Assembly (NCBI RefSeq): GCF_964204645.1
Contig: NC_134025.1
Span: 31,600,299 to 31,664,298 of the forward strand
Source: Tubulanus polymorphus
Taxonomy: Eukaryota > Animalia > Nemertea
Direction of reading: 5' to 3'
DNA: 64,000 nucleotides
A program made the position numbers and the translations under genes. The notes below the pieces were generated by a model. It was not told where the DNA came from, did not search any database, and worked only from the letters and a program-made list of their open reading frames with translations. Position 1 is the stretch's first letter. Every line of letters begins with the position of its first letter. Positions 1 to 11,327 of this stretch are shown here, piece after piece.

Positions 1-82
1 TTAACCCGGAAATGATTGTGTATTGAATTGAATTTATTCCCTTAAATATTTCAATAAATATCTCAATTGGAGCCTTTAAAAG

Positions 83-2692
83 ATGGCAGGGGTAACAGTT
101 GTAACTCAGAGTTTAGTTGAACTGACTGTTACGAGTTCTATAAACTCGTTTGGAACAGAAAGAAGATTTGAAAAGAGTTTAACGATCGCCGCTTTAAAGG
201 TATTACACTCTTCTCATCATCAATTTAATTTTATTACGTCAAATTGTTGTTTAAATGATTGATATTGATATTTCAGAATAAGTTAGAGATTTTAACGGGA
301 GGATCAGCAGGATCTATGCAATTAGAACTGTATGATAGAAATAATCAACTAGTTGGTCGTTTAAGCGATGATGAACAGTTGTTAGGGTTTTATCCAGTAG
401 AGGATCGTATGAGGTTACATGTATGTATCACTCTCCTTACTGCAGTCAAAACTTCTTCCGATACTTCGTTACATTACTCTCTTTTTTAGTCTAAATTTTG
501 TATTGTCTTAATAAATTAACTACTAAGTGTTTAAGTCATCAATTACTGAAGTCATCTCTTATTTTTGAGTCCCAATTTGTATTTGTAATTCAATTTACTA
601 AGTGTTTAAGTCATTGTTTGTAATTCAATTTTTTAAGTCATCATTTTGATAAGTTGTCAGTTGAATAACCATCTCATACACATTAGTTTCACAGTTTAAA
701 TATCAAATTGATTTATAAGTGAAACTGTTTTGTATTGATTATTATCATCATGAATGGTTAGATGATTACTCTATTTTTGATTCACAATTTTGTATTGTCT
801 TATTAATAAATTAAGTCGTGTGTTAAGTGTTTAAGTCGTCATTTGAATAAGTCGTCCCATTACTGAGGTCATTTCTATTTTTGAGTCCCAATTTTTATTT
901 CTAATTCAATTTTTACTAACAGTAAGTGTATAAGTCATTGTATACATAAGTCGTTAATCATGACCTTTTCAGCACCTGTTTCACAGTTTAAATATTAAAT
1001 TGATTTATAAGTGATTATTATTATTATGAACAGGTTATAGATAATACGATGGCTAAAGGAGAATTTGAAGATGTTTCACAAGTTGAGAAGTTTGAATTAA
1101 CGGATGAACAGTACGCGCAGAAACAAGGTTTGAATATTAACTGAATTCATTGTCGAGTTTAAATTTAATTCCGGTTGAAACTAAATGGAAATTGTTTTTT
1201 CTAATTTTAGATTCTGTTCGCGCTTTCAAACAAAAGATGAAAATGGGGCAATTTAAAGAAATCGATCCAGAAGAAATTAAGAGGAAAGAAGAGGAGAAGA
1301 AGAGTAAATTAGCAGAAGAGGAAGAAGCTGCCAATAAAATCAAGATAAACGATAGGTTAGAAATTTATTCTCGCTCCTTGCTAGAAATGACTCCTCCAGC
1401 AGAGCCGTCGGAAGGAACTTTTCAGTGGCGACGCTTATTTCTGAGGGGGGTCTGGGACCCTTCCTTAGAAAAATTTTGAAAATTAAATCGCCGGAGATGC
1501 GTTTTGGGGCCATTTCACGGTCTCATTCACAGAAGCATGAGAAGTCGTGAGCCAACCACCTAGTACAGAGAACGACGAGCTGCTACGCGGTACAGCGCTG
1601 TGCTTTTGAAAACATTTTTGTTAAGCAAAAAAGTGGGGCGGCTTTGGCCGCTGCTGCCGCCCCTGTTCCAACGGCCCTGTCCAGTCATGTGACAACTATT
1701 TTAACTGTATGATTTGTTGTACTGTAAATAAATTTGTCAATTTTTAATTTGTAGATGTGAAGTTAAAGTTCAAGGTCAACCTACTAAACGTGGAACAGTT
1801 AAATATGTCGGTCAGTGTCAGAACAAGATTCTTCTCTCCCTCCTCTCTCCTCTCCTCTCCTTCCTCTCTCCTCTCCTTCCTCTCTCCTCTCCTCTCCTAC
1901 CTCTCTCCTCTCCTTCCTCTCTCCTCTCCCCTCTCCTCTCCTACCTCTCTCCTCTCCTTCCTCTCTCCTCTCCTCTCCTACCTCTCTCCTCTCCTTCCTC
2001 TCTCCTCTCCTCTCCTACCTCTCTCCTCTCCTTCCTCTCTCCTCTCCTCTCCTACCTCTCTCCTCTCCTTCCTCTCTCCTCTCCTCTCCTACCTCTCTCC
2101 TCTCTCCTCTCCTCTCCTTCCTCTCTCCTCTCCTCTCCTACCTCTTCCCTTCCTCTCTCCTCTCTCCTCTCTCCCCTTCCCTTCCTCTCTCCTCTCCTAC
2201 CTCTCTCCTCTCCTTCCTCTCTCCTCTCCTCTCCTACCTCTTCCCTTCCTCTCTCCTCTCCTTCCTCTCTCCTCTCCTCTCCTACCTCTCCCCCTCTCCT
2301 CTACTCTCTCCCCCTCTCTCCTCTCCTCTCTCCTCTCCTTCCTCTCTAGTCTCTCCTCTAACTTGAATTTTATATTGTATTGTAGGTTTAACAGATTTTA
2401 AACCCGGTTATTGGGTCGGTGTTCAATATGACGAACCGTTGGGCAAAAATGATGGAAGGTAAATATATGAAAACAGTCGAATCATCATCTCTCCTCCTCA
2501 CTTTCCTCTTTACCTCTTCACCTCCTCCTCCATTCGTAAATTGATTCAGGTTTTCGTATATATTTCAGTGTTCAAGGTAAACACTATTTCACGTGTCAAC
2601 CGAAATATGGTGGATTTGTGAAACCGAATCAAGTGACTGTGGGTGATTTCCCCGAGGACGATTTATGTTTATCCGATGATGATGAAATGTGA
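83..2692 (+). CDS. TBCB: Tubulin-folding cofactor B (Ubl domain + CAP-Gly), 7 coding exons: 83-199, 277-420, 1034-1127, 1211-1355, 1755-1810, 2386-2458, 2569-2692
   Basis: GT-AG splicing with consistent phases gives [48 protein letters not shown]...[17 protein letters not shown]...[51 protein letters not shown]...GDFPEDD..DEM*. The GKNDG CAP-Gly motif and N-terminal Ubl are typical of TBCB. Confidence 0.97.
1400..1679. mobile_element. Non-autonomous DNA transposon (MITE) in TBCB intron 4
   Basis: Terminal inverted repeats CAGAGCCGTCGGAA / revcomp CAGGGCCGTTGGAA (12/14 match). TCCAG lies directly on both sides (possible 5-bp TSD). GC-rich interior within an AT-rich intron. Confidence 0.7.
1830..2360. 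repeat. CT-rich simple repeat in TBCB intron 5
   Basis: Degenerate (CTCTC)n/(CT)n tract; source of the spurious S/P/L ORFs at 1757 and 1815. Confidence 0.95.
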
Positions 2693-3087
2693 AGCTCCTC
2701 CCCCTGCCTCTCTCTCACCTCTCTCGCACCTCCCCTTGCCTCTCTCACCCCCCGCCTCTCTCCTCAGCTTCATAAACTCAATATTATAATACATCACTTT
2801 TCTATTAAATTACTAAAACAATGACAAACATGTGATCAGATATCGGTGAATAAATTATTTTTATTTTTTAATAAAAATTGCTTACTTTTCATTTGAAAAT
2901 TTATAAATAGTTGTTTAGTGGTTTATTTGATTAATACTAGTTGAAACTTTACACAGCACAATGCAATGGAATGGAATGATATTTACAAATGTCCCGGCGC
3001 GATATTTACAAAATGCTGAAAATTTGGCAAAATTGAAGATTGTTTATGAATCTGACAATAATAAAACCTGAGACAGAGATTCATAGT

Positions 3088-6015
3088 TTAAGCCGTTACT
3101 CCGGTATTAGTAGCCTCTACTCCGGCGTTATCGTCGTTTAAAGTTAATTCTTCTTTATCGTCGGTGGTTTGTGGATTATTTATTTTCATACGTCCGGAGA
3201 GTCCCGCAAATCCCGTCGTTACTAAGCTCTTAGCAGACGTGTTTGTTGCGTTGTTAATGTATTGATTTGAACGTAAAGCCGACCAGGAATGAGATGTCGG
3301 GAATCGTCTCTGAGCGACGGCAGCCGTTGAATACGACGGAGCGTAGTGGAATTTACGTTTACGCCGGATCTCGTGATATCGTCTTCGAATACATTCAATT
3401 ATCATAAACACCACGGAAACTAAAACAATAACGGCGAATAACGATCCTAAAACGATACCAGCCGTCGTCCCGTGTTCCCACGTATCGCTACATTCACCTT
3501 TTAATGTATTCATCCTGAAAATAAACATCCACAAAATTAGACATCGTAAACTCCATTATTCTCGAGACACAATTAATCTATTCTGATCTGTAGACTCAAT
3601 TGATCTATTCTGATCTGTAGACTCAATTGATCTATTCTGATCTGTAGACTCAATTGATCTATTCTGATCTGTAGACTCAATTGATCTATTCTGATCTGTA
3701 GACTCAATTGATCTATTCTGATCTGTAGACTCAGTTGATCTATTCTGATCTGTAGACTCAATTGATCTATTCTGATCTGTAGACTCAATTGATCTATTCT
3801 GATCTGTAGACCCAATTGATCTATTCAGGGGCTGGTTGCATAGTCATTACTTAGACTTTAGACCAGTCTAAGACCAGCTTAGTTCTATAACCAATCTAAC
3901 AACTTAAGACCAGTCTCAGACCAACTTAGTTCTATAGCCAATCTAACAACTTAAGACTAGTCTTAAGATTTAAGACCACTTTTGGACTTTATGCAACTGG
4001 TCTCTGATCTGTAAACAAATTGAAGATAAAGTTTATTTTTGTGAAAGTTTTAGAGGTTTATCTAAAACGAATCTTCAAACAGTGATGTTATTTTCAAAAA
4101 AACTTAATATTACTAATAAATGTAAGGAACAGGAGCCTGTTGCACAGTCGTGACTTAAGTCAAAAAGTGGTCTTAAATCTTAAGACTGATCTGAAGTTGT
4201 TAGACTGGCTATAGAACTAAGTTGGTCTTAGACTGGTCTTAAGACTAAGTCATGACTATGCAACCGGCCCCAGGAACTAATCAATCGCTTTTACATAAAG
4301 TTTGAAATATCATCCGATTGTTTGATTATTAATGGTAACACATACGCGTAATCTTTCAGCATAGATTCAAGTCCTAACGCCCACATACTAGCAGCAGCCG
4401 TGAAATATTTCCGAGCTCGAGCGTAAAATCTGTTAGAACATTCTTCAGTTATAATTTCTTTAGCCTTCGAACCAACGCTTGAATAAACCTGAAAATAAAA
4501 ACAATCATGATTAATATCCCACGGATTCAAACAGTTTTTATGTAACTAAGAATCGGCAAAAACCTACATTTTTTCTCTTGTATTCGGTTATTATGAGAAT
4601 TAATACATCATTTTCGCAATGACCGAAATTCCATAACTTTCTTAAATCATCGGCGAATTTCTGCATTAATTCCTCGGATTCATCGGATCTGAAATCAAAA
4701 TCATCATAACATCAATCGGAGGACGTCGTCACTAATTTTGAACACAGTTTTCGGATCGGTTTTATTCAGATTTTCATTTATTTCATACAAAAATTTCAGG
4801 AAGTTATTTCTATTCAAATGAGAACATAATTCTGATTTGCAGTCGCAGGTAATCTGAACTGAGTGAGTTCTAATGAATCCAGTTCTACAGTTGTGAGTTC
4901 AGCATTTAAAAATGAACTGATTCTAACTCAGAGTTAACTCTAACTCACAACTGTGAAACTGGCTCCAGTTCTACAAGGTCCACTTCCACAGTTCTGAGTT
5001 AAGATTTGACCCTGGGTTAAAACATTGAAAATGAACTAACTTTAACTCAGAGTTAACTCTTAACTCACAACTGTGGAACTGGGTACAGGGATGTGAGATA
5101 CTGAATATTAAATTTCATTTCTGTCATTTAACTCATTGAAAATAAACTGATTCTAGCTCAGAGTTAACTCTCACTCACAACTGTCGAACCGGGTCCTGTA
5201 TTTTGTCAAGCAGGGCGCAAAATAATCCAAGGCAAGTGAGAGTATTAGTTGACTTACTCCTGTTTCCAATGAAGTTTAGGAACGATAGCTATAGAGAACA
5301 TGTATCCATGTTTATCAGCGGGACAATCGCTGTCACATGGACATGTCGAATTTTTACGTATTGAATCAATCATCCCATCGAGAACATCAGCTGTAAAATA
5401 ATCAAACATCAACCATCAAAATGTCTGACTCAAGTTTTCACTGAACAACTTTTTAATGTTTTATGGACTCCTAGTTTGCATCACTTTATTGTTCGTTTTG
5501 GATCTTGGTTTCCCAAGACTATAACCCTATTATTCATTCCTTATCTCACCGAGATACCACCGAGGCGCTTTATGGTGGAGAGTAATGAAAATTCATAATT
5601 TCTGTTGTAAGTCGAGTATTCACTGTTAATTACTATTAGAACAGTCAAAACGTTGTAACTAATTCGAGGTAACATTTCAGGAGTCATTTCTTAGTTTTTC
5701 TTACTAAATAATCTAAGATAAATTGTATAATCGCTGTGTGGTTGACGTACCATCCTGATAGGCTAAAGCTTCACTAGGATCACAGATATAAGATACATGT
5801 TGTCTACGTCCGCAGTGAGTTATATCAATACGAGGGTTCGGGAATGTCTCCGCGCTCCACACTGTTGGTACTACCCATTGTGTACTGTTTGTTCGAGTAG
5901 TTTCTTCTGTTGTTGATGTTATATTTCTATCAGAGCTGGAGGAAAGGTCGGGTTGGTTTACTCCAACTACTCCAAGAAGCCACCATGAATAACAGAACAA
6001 TATATACACCTTCAT
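3088..6015 (-). CDS. MOLO-1-like (TPM-domain) type I membrane protein; coding exons 6015-5751, 5390-5258, 4688-4568, 4488-4346, 3514-3088
   Basis: Spliced product: signal peptide MKVYILFCYSWWLLGVVG, then WSAETFPNPRIDITHCGRRQHVSYICDPSEAL...ADVLDGMIDSIRKNSTCPC...FADDLRKLWNFGHCENDVLILI...VYSSVG, a TM helix (AGIVLGSLFAVIVLVSVVFMII) and a basic stop-transfer. The PNPxxDxxxCGR..ICDP and WxxGxCxNDV patterns match the MOLO1/TPM family. All intron phases are compatible. An acceptor at 6038-6040 implies an upstream UTR exon. Confidence 0.82.
3575..3826. repeat. 27-bp minisatellite, ~9 copies
   Basis: Unit ATTGATCTATTCTGATCTGTAGACTCA, near-perfect, in the last intron of the MOLO-1-like gene. Confidence 0.95.
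3827..4273. mobile_element. Two oppositely oriented copies of a palindromic MITE (~3827-4006 and ~4130-4273); related copy at ~50958-51088
   Basis: Ends CAGGGGCTGGTTGCATAGTC ... ATGCAACTGG / ATGCAACCGGCCCC. The internal AAGACCAGTC/TTAGTTCTATAGCCAATCTAACAAC blocks of the first copy are the reverse complement of the second. Confidence 0.75.
4879..5198. mobile_element. Three adjacent copies/fragments of a short MITE with CCAGTTCCACAG...CTGTGGAACTGG termini
   Basis: Repeated body ATTGAAAATGAACT...AACTCAGAGTTAACTCT..ACTCACAACTGTGGAACTGG with inverted ends. Related pieces at ~13592-13720 and ~24060-24290. Confidence 0.75.
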
Positions 6016-6463
6016 ATTCACAAAGTCAATTGATTACCTGGAAAAAAGGAATGGAAATTCTAAGAAAAAGGAGCCTTTAAGTTAACTGCTGCGGTTTATT
6101 TGTAGGTTGTACCTAGGATACTGACTGGGTTTTGATTTTGGACCCCTAGCTATCGTGACGAACCCCTGTGATTGTGACAAGCCACAGCGGCCGTAAAAAT
6201 GTTTTTTAACTCACTACGGAGGGGTTTCCTGAACAAGGCGTAATGACGTCATTGAGGATTCCCGTTTATTCCTAAATCACGGTCGTAGTCGTTAGGATCA
6301 GTAACCCGGGACTTTGGACACGACCCCTACGGAAAGTTTTACTTTATCATATCAACGGATGTCTTTCTAAATTTGTCAAAAATATCCGAAAAAAGCAGCA
6401 GCAATGAAATAAACAATATCGCGTATTTTGAGATTAACTTTTTGTGAATTCTACGAGATTTTG

Positions 6464-6815
6464 TTGGCCTGGTGAATAAACGTAGTTACCCTAGTGTCGG
6501 CCTGCTTTATAAACGCAGTTATCCTAGTGTTGGCCTGTTTAATAAACGCAGAATCCCTAGTGTTGGCCTGGTGAATAAACGCAGAAACCCTAGTTTTGGC
6601 CTGTTTAGTAAGCGCAGAAACCCTAGTGTTGGCCTGTTTAATAAACGAAGAAACCCAAGTGTTGGCCTGGTGAAAAACGCAGAAATCTTAGTGTTGGCCT
6701 GTTTAATAAACGCAGAAACCCTAGTGTTGGCCTGGCGAATAAACGCAGAAACCCTAGTGTTGGCCTGGTGAATAAACGCAGAAACCCTAGTGTTGGCCTG
6801 CTTAATAAACGCATA
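6464..6815. repeat. 33-bp minisatellite, ~11 copies
   Basis: Unit TGTTGGCCTGGTGAATAAACGCAGAAACCCTAG with variants. Confidence 0.92.
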
Positions 6816-6840
6816 AACCTTAACTTAGAAGCCACAATAT

Positions 6841-6977
6841 TCACCAGAACTCTATGGTCTAGTGGTAGACACTCTGGTTTGGCACGTGAGAGACCCGAGT
6901 TCGAGTCTCAGCCGAGTTAGGGTTAGGGTTATTCTGGAACTAGGGTTAGGGTTATGGTGAAGCTAGGGTTAGGGTTA
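6841..6977 (+). mobile_element. tRNA-derived SINE-like element with TTAGGG-rich tail, copy 1
   Basis: A box TGGTCTAGTGG, B box GAGTTCGAGTC, 3' half resembling tRNA-Gly/Asp (CACGTGAGAGACCCGAGTTCGAGTCTCAGCC), followed by repeated (T/C)TAGGGTTAGGGTTA. A second copy lies at 34090-34253 (-). Confidence 0.75.
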
Positions 6978-8576
6978 CTGAACAGCACTGGTATCCAAGG
7001 GCTAAATACCGACCGGTTTTGCTGCTGGTAGGGCTGGTTGATTATATTTTTATCCCTTTTTTTCATTTAAGATATTTCCTTTCGTACGGATTGTATACTA
7101 AGTTGGTTCCTTGAGATATTGGCTTAATTATTGGACGTAGAGTGTTAGCACCAAGCGCGATAGATTCCGTTTTGGAACCTGAAGCGATCGATAAAATCTC
7201 TAATAAAAGTCATCATTTAACAACTAATTCTCATTCTGTATAATTCTAAGTGATATCTTTTATTCTGTAAAATTGTTATAGTTTTCGAGCGAAACCTTCA
7301 CAAAGAATAAACAACAAGATCAGCAGGGGCACGTGATGGCTAGCGGCCTGTAATATTCGTTTGTGAATGATACAATGAATTTTTTTCCAAAAATACAAAT
7401 TAATCGGCTTGATTAGCCTAGAAATCAGTCATTTACACACAGAAGCAAAGTTACTTTAAATCAATTGTTTTCCTTCATCTCACTACAAGCCATCAAGCCA
7501 GGTCATCCTCCACACTCACTAGTAGAGCCGGCGAGCGCCCGTTTTGAGGAAAGAAGCTATTTCTCATCCAAACCCTGGAACCCGTTGTCAAGGATAATTT
7601 TTCCCACTGTTGACTGCATTTCCCAACAAACCACAGGCACCTGGTCACAGTCGTCAGGGGCCAGACTGCGCCCGGGGGTCTAGTCCAAGAACTCGACTCA
7701 CGTGCCGGGGTCTCGGGTCCAGATCAGGGAGACCGACGGAGTGACCGATAGGATCACGGTGGCCGTGTTCTTCGCTGCAGGCCGGAACTTAGTTTTGCCC
7801 CCGCCCCCGGTCGCCACACCGCCGGAGGGGATGGTCAATTTCAGTTTCTTAAATCAATTTAGGCCTTAGTGAAACTGGGCCCAGTACAACTAATTCAAAT
7901 CAAACCATAAAGATACAATAAAAAGGCTTCATACAGTCCATAGACCCTAGCGTATTTTTATGGGGTCGGGGACGGGCCGCATATAATGTCCGCGACCGGT
8001 AATTAGTGAACTAAATTCCTGACCGTTATTTAGGGACACCCAAATCAATTCAATGAAAAATCCTGACTGACTCGTTCGCTAATTAGTTTAGCCTATCTCG
8101 AGTAAATGATGCTCTAGGCGGTACAGGTTTCGGGTAGGAATATTCCTGAAACGATGGTTATGTTTTAGTCCATTCGAAAAAATCCATAAAATAACAGTTC
8201 CTCCTTTGTGTGATTCTTAGTTCTATTTCATCTTTATGTTATAATTTATGAGTTTAATTGTAAGCTGGAGTGATCTACGCCTACCATACTGTTTGATGAG
8301 ATACCCCAACCCTTCATGCCTTTCCCGCTGCCATTAGACGTTTTCAAATTTCAGAGGTTGATTCAATCAATATTTCGGAGGTTCGTAAAACATCAGTTTG
8401 TTCAATTTACTGTGTATAATTATCAAAGCTGAATGTGATAGTGAATTCAGATGTTTAAGAAAGATATCAATTTCAACAAACTGAGATTGTGAAAGGAATC
8501 TTAAAAACGGGATCGGATCGAGAGGTAATCAATTAAATTATATTTTATTCATTGTCTCGCTGGTTTATATTTCAGA

Positions 8577-10654
8577 ATGACGAGTTCAAACGCGCCGCAA
8601 CAAGATATCTATAATTTTAGTAAAGATGAAATTCGTCAGGAACTGGAGAAATTAGGATACTGTAACGTTTCAGACGAAAGACTTCATGAATTCAAGAAAG
8701 GTAGAGTAGACAATGCCTGTTAGTAGAAGATTCTGAAGAGAGCCAGCAGAGACAGAGAGGCTAAAATTCTAATTTTCAGGGGGGCCACATTAGTAAAGTG
8801 ACCTCAGATTAATCATTGGAGCTTTAATACTGTCCATCTGGTTTAAGGAAAGTGTCTCTATAACTGCCTACAGTCTACGCAACTCTGAAATATTTAATTT
8901 TTTATATTTGCAGATTTAGATAGTTTAGTGCAGAATATGTCCGGAGGGTCGGAGACTGTCTCCGAGGCAGGGGGCGCCTCTTCACCAGTGTTGAATACCG
9001 GTGGCGCCACCACTGATGATAGTTACGGTGCAGATATTCAAGTAATGGGCGTCGACCCGAGCATGAGGAGAAATAGAAACACTTATGATACTTATAACAG
9101 AGCAGCCGGTTCGCAACCAATCAGAGCCCCCGATTACACAACTGAACCAATCAGAGCCCCCGATTACAGAACGCAACCAATCAGAGGACAGGATTACAAG
9201 ACTGAACCAATCAGAGCCCCCGAATACAGTACACAACCAATCAGAGGACAGGATTACACAACTGAACCAATCAGAGCCCCCGATTACAGAACGCAACCAA
9301 TCAGAGGACAGGAATACAGGACTGAACCAATCAGAGCCCCCGATTACAGAACACAACCAATCAGAGGAGAGGAATACAGGACTGAACCAATCAGAGCCCC
9401 TGATTACAGAACACAACCAATCAGAGGAGAGGATTACAGAACTGAACCAATCAGAGGGCAGGATTACAGATTTAATGATTACAGGCCCTCGACTGATTAC
9501 TATCAACCGATGTCTGTTAATATTAAATACAATACTGCACAGCCTGGTTATTTAACGAGTCCTAAAGGTTCAAGGTCAGCCCCATCGAGTCCGACTAAAT
9601 CAGTAGTGAGCACCGACACCGACCCAGAAAAAAAATTCATCAAGAGAAAAGTTTTAAGGTAATTTATTTTGTAGATCAGAAGTTTGTAATATTAACCAGT
9701 TTTAACTTAAATGCTCAATTCATTCAGTGCCTGGGGAATACTCTGGGTTTGTTTAGGTTTTAGGTTAAATCTGGCCTCAATTCTACGTGAGGTCGTGTTA
9801 CATGTGGAACTGGGTTTAGAGGAACTTGTTTCAAACTCTTGTTTCTAAATATTTGATAATTTCAACTTTTGATGAATTTCATTTATAGAAAAATAAATGG
9901 AGAATCAATAATTGATGAATCGATTCAAGAAACTGATTCAGGTGAGAATCTACCGATTCATTGATTCACTCCGTCTGTAATAACGTAACCATGACGATGA
10001 TTTCTATTTATTTACAACAGATGAAGTATCATTATTGAGAGATAGTTTCCATGTGAACCGAGATGAATCGTCAGCTCCGCGTCGACCGTTAACGGCACTC
10101 GTAAATATCTATTATAAACAATCGAAATTATCGTCTCCTGTATTTTTATCATATTTTAAAGCGAATGATTTATTTTTCTCTGTTTTTTAGGGAATTCCTC
10201 GAGTTGACAATAAATCTAATTTACCGTCAGTAATCTACCCGATGATCGACCATCCTCACACGCGTAATCTAAAACGATGCGATCCGGTAAATAGGGGTAA
10301 CCAGTATCGCGAGGCTTGGGACTCGCAACGAGCTCCCGGAGAAAAACAACATAAATCACTAAGATGGAACATCAGAGAAAACATGCTCTATCACGACACT
10401 GTCGTGAAAGTAAGTCGATCGATCCCTGCGGCCTCAGAGAATATTTATTGGTCCAATGCGCACGTCTTCACGATTTCACTTTCTTTCGCTTAAACTCAGA
10501 TTTATAATGATTTATTTTGTAGAAAACTCAAAGAGTTTACGTTGCTAACGACTACGTGATTCCTACCGAGAAGAAACGTAAATCTTTGCGATGGCAGATC
10601 AGATCCGATTTAGCCGCCGGTAAAATGCCCGGTTCCGGTTACCACAGCGACTGA
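8577..10654 (+). CDS. HYLS1: Hydrolethalus syndrome protein 1 homolog (centriole/ciliogenesis), multi-exon; first coding exon 8577-8700, large exon 8914-9658
   Basis: N-terminal FSKDEIRQELEKLGYCNVSDERLHEFKKDLDSL, central KKFIKRKVLRKING, and C-terminal HYLS1 domain RCDPVNRGNQYREAWDSQRAPGEKQHKSLRWNIRENML...YVANDYVIPTEKKRKSLRWQIRSDLAAG; TGA at 10652-10654. Confidence 0.93.
9111..9470 (+). repeat. Coding 30-bp (10-aa) tandem repeat x12 inside HYLS1
   Basis: Units ACTGAACCAATCAGAGCCCCCGATTACAGA / ACGCAACCAATCAGAGGACAGGATTAC.. encoding TEPIRAPDYR / TQPIRGQDYx. Confidence 0.95.
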
Positions 10655-10694
10655 TAGACGGCCCGATTGTTGTAAATAGTGATGATATAGTATT

Positions 10695-10908
10695 GTACTG
10701 GTGGTAGTTTGAGGCCGGACCTCGCTCTCAGTAGTACTGTACTGGTGGTAGTTTGAGGCCGGACCTCGCTCTCTGTAGTACTGTACTGGTGGTAGTTTGA
10801 GGCCGGACCTTGCTCTCTGTAGTACTGTACTGGTGGTAGTTTGAGGCCGGACCTCGCTCTCTGTAGTACTGTACTGGTGGTAGTTTGAGGCCGGACCTCG
10901 CTCTCTGC
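10695..10908. repeat. 44-bp minisatellite x5 in the presumed HYLS1 3' UTR
   Basis: Unit GTACTGGTGGTAGTTTGAGGCCGGACCTCGCTCTCTGTAGTACT; AATAAA follows at ~10978. Confidence 0.93.
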
Positions 10909-11327
10909 AGCTGGTTCTGCTTTTATAAATAACCTGTGTCTATTATAAACCTTTAATTGTATCTAATTCTGTATGAAAATAAACTGTGAATTTTACTGTA
11001 GAAAAAAGAAACACGTGTTTTTCATCGGTTCTTTCAAAGAGGAATTCACTGATTGTAAATCAACACAACGAGATCCTACACCTCACAGGGCAGAGCATCA
11101 ATCCATGACGTTCCCTTCAGGCGAATGTCGTCTGCGCTGAGGTCCGTTGGTAGTAACAAGCGCCCCCTAGTGAGAGGAATGACTCAAAAACTGCCCACAA
11201 AATATTTGAAAAATATCTGCTATACTTTTAAGTGCATACTTTAATTTACAAAAATAGAAATATATTCTGACAACATTTCTGCAGTAAGCGATGATGAACA
11301 CAGTGAGAATGGAGGGTTTATTGAGTG

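Noticed and set aside
1757-2401. S/P/L-rich ORFs (also 46814, 63317, 63466)
   Set aside because: Translations of CT microsatellites.
6847-6920. Functional tRNA gene
   Set aside because: Acceptor and anticodon stems pair poorly, the anticodon region differs between the two copies, there is no oligo-T terminator, and TTAGGG repeats follow directly.
6916-6977. True telomere or chromosome fusion site
   Set aside because: Only short interrupted TTAGGG blocks, tied to a dispersed repeat.
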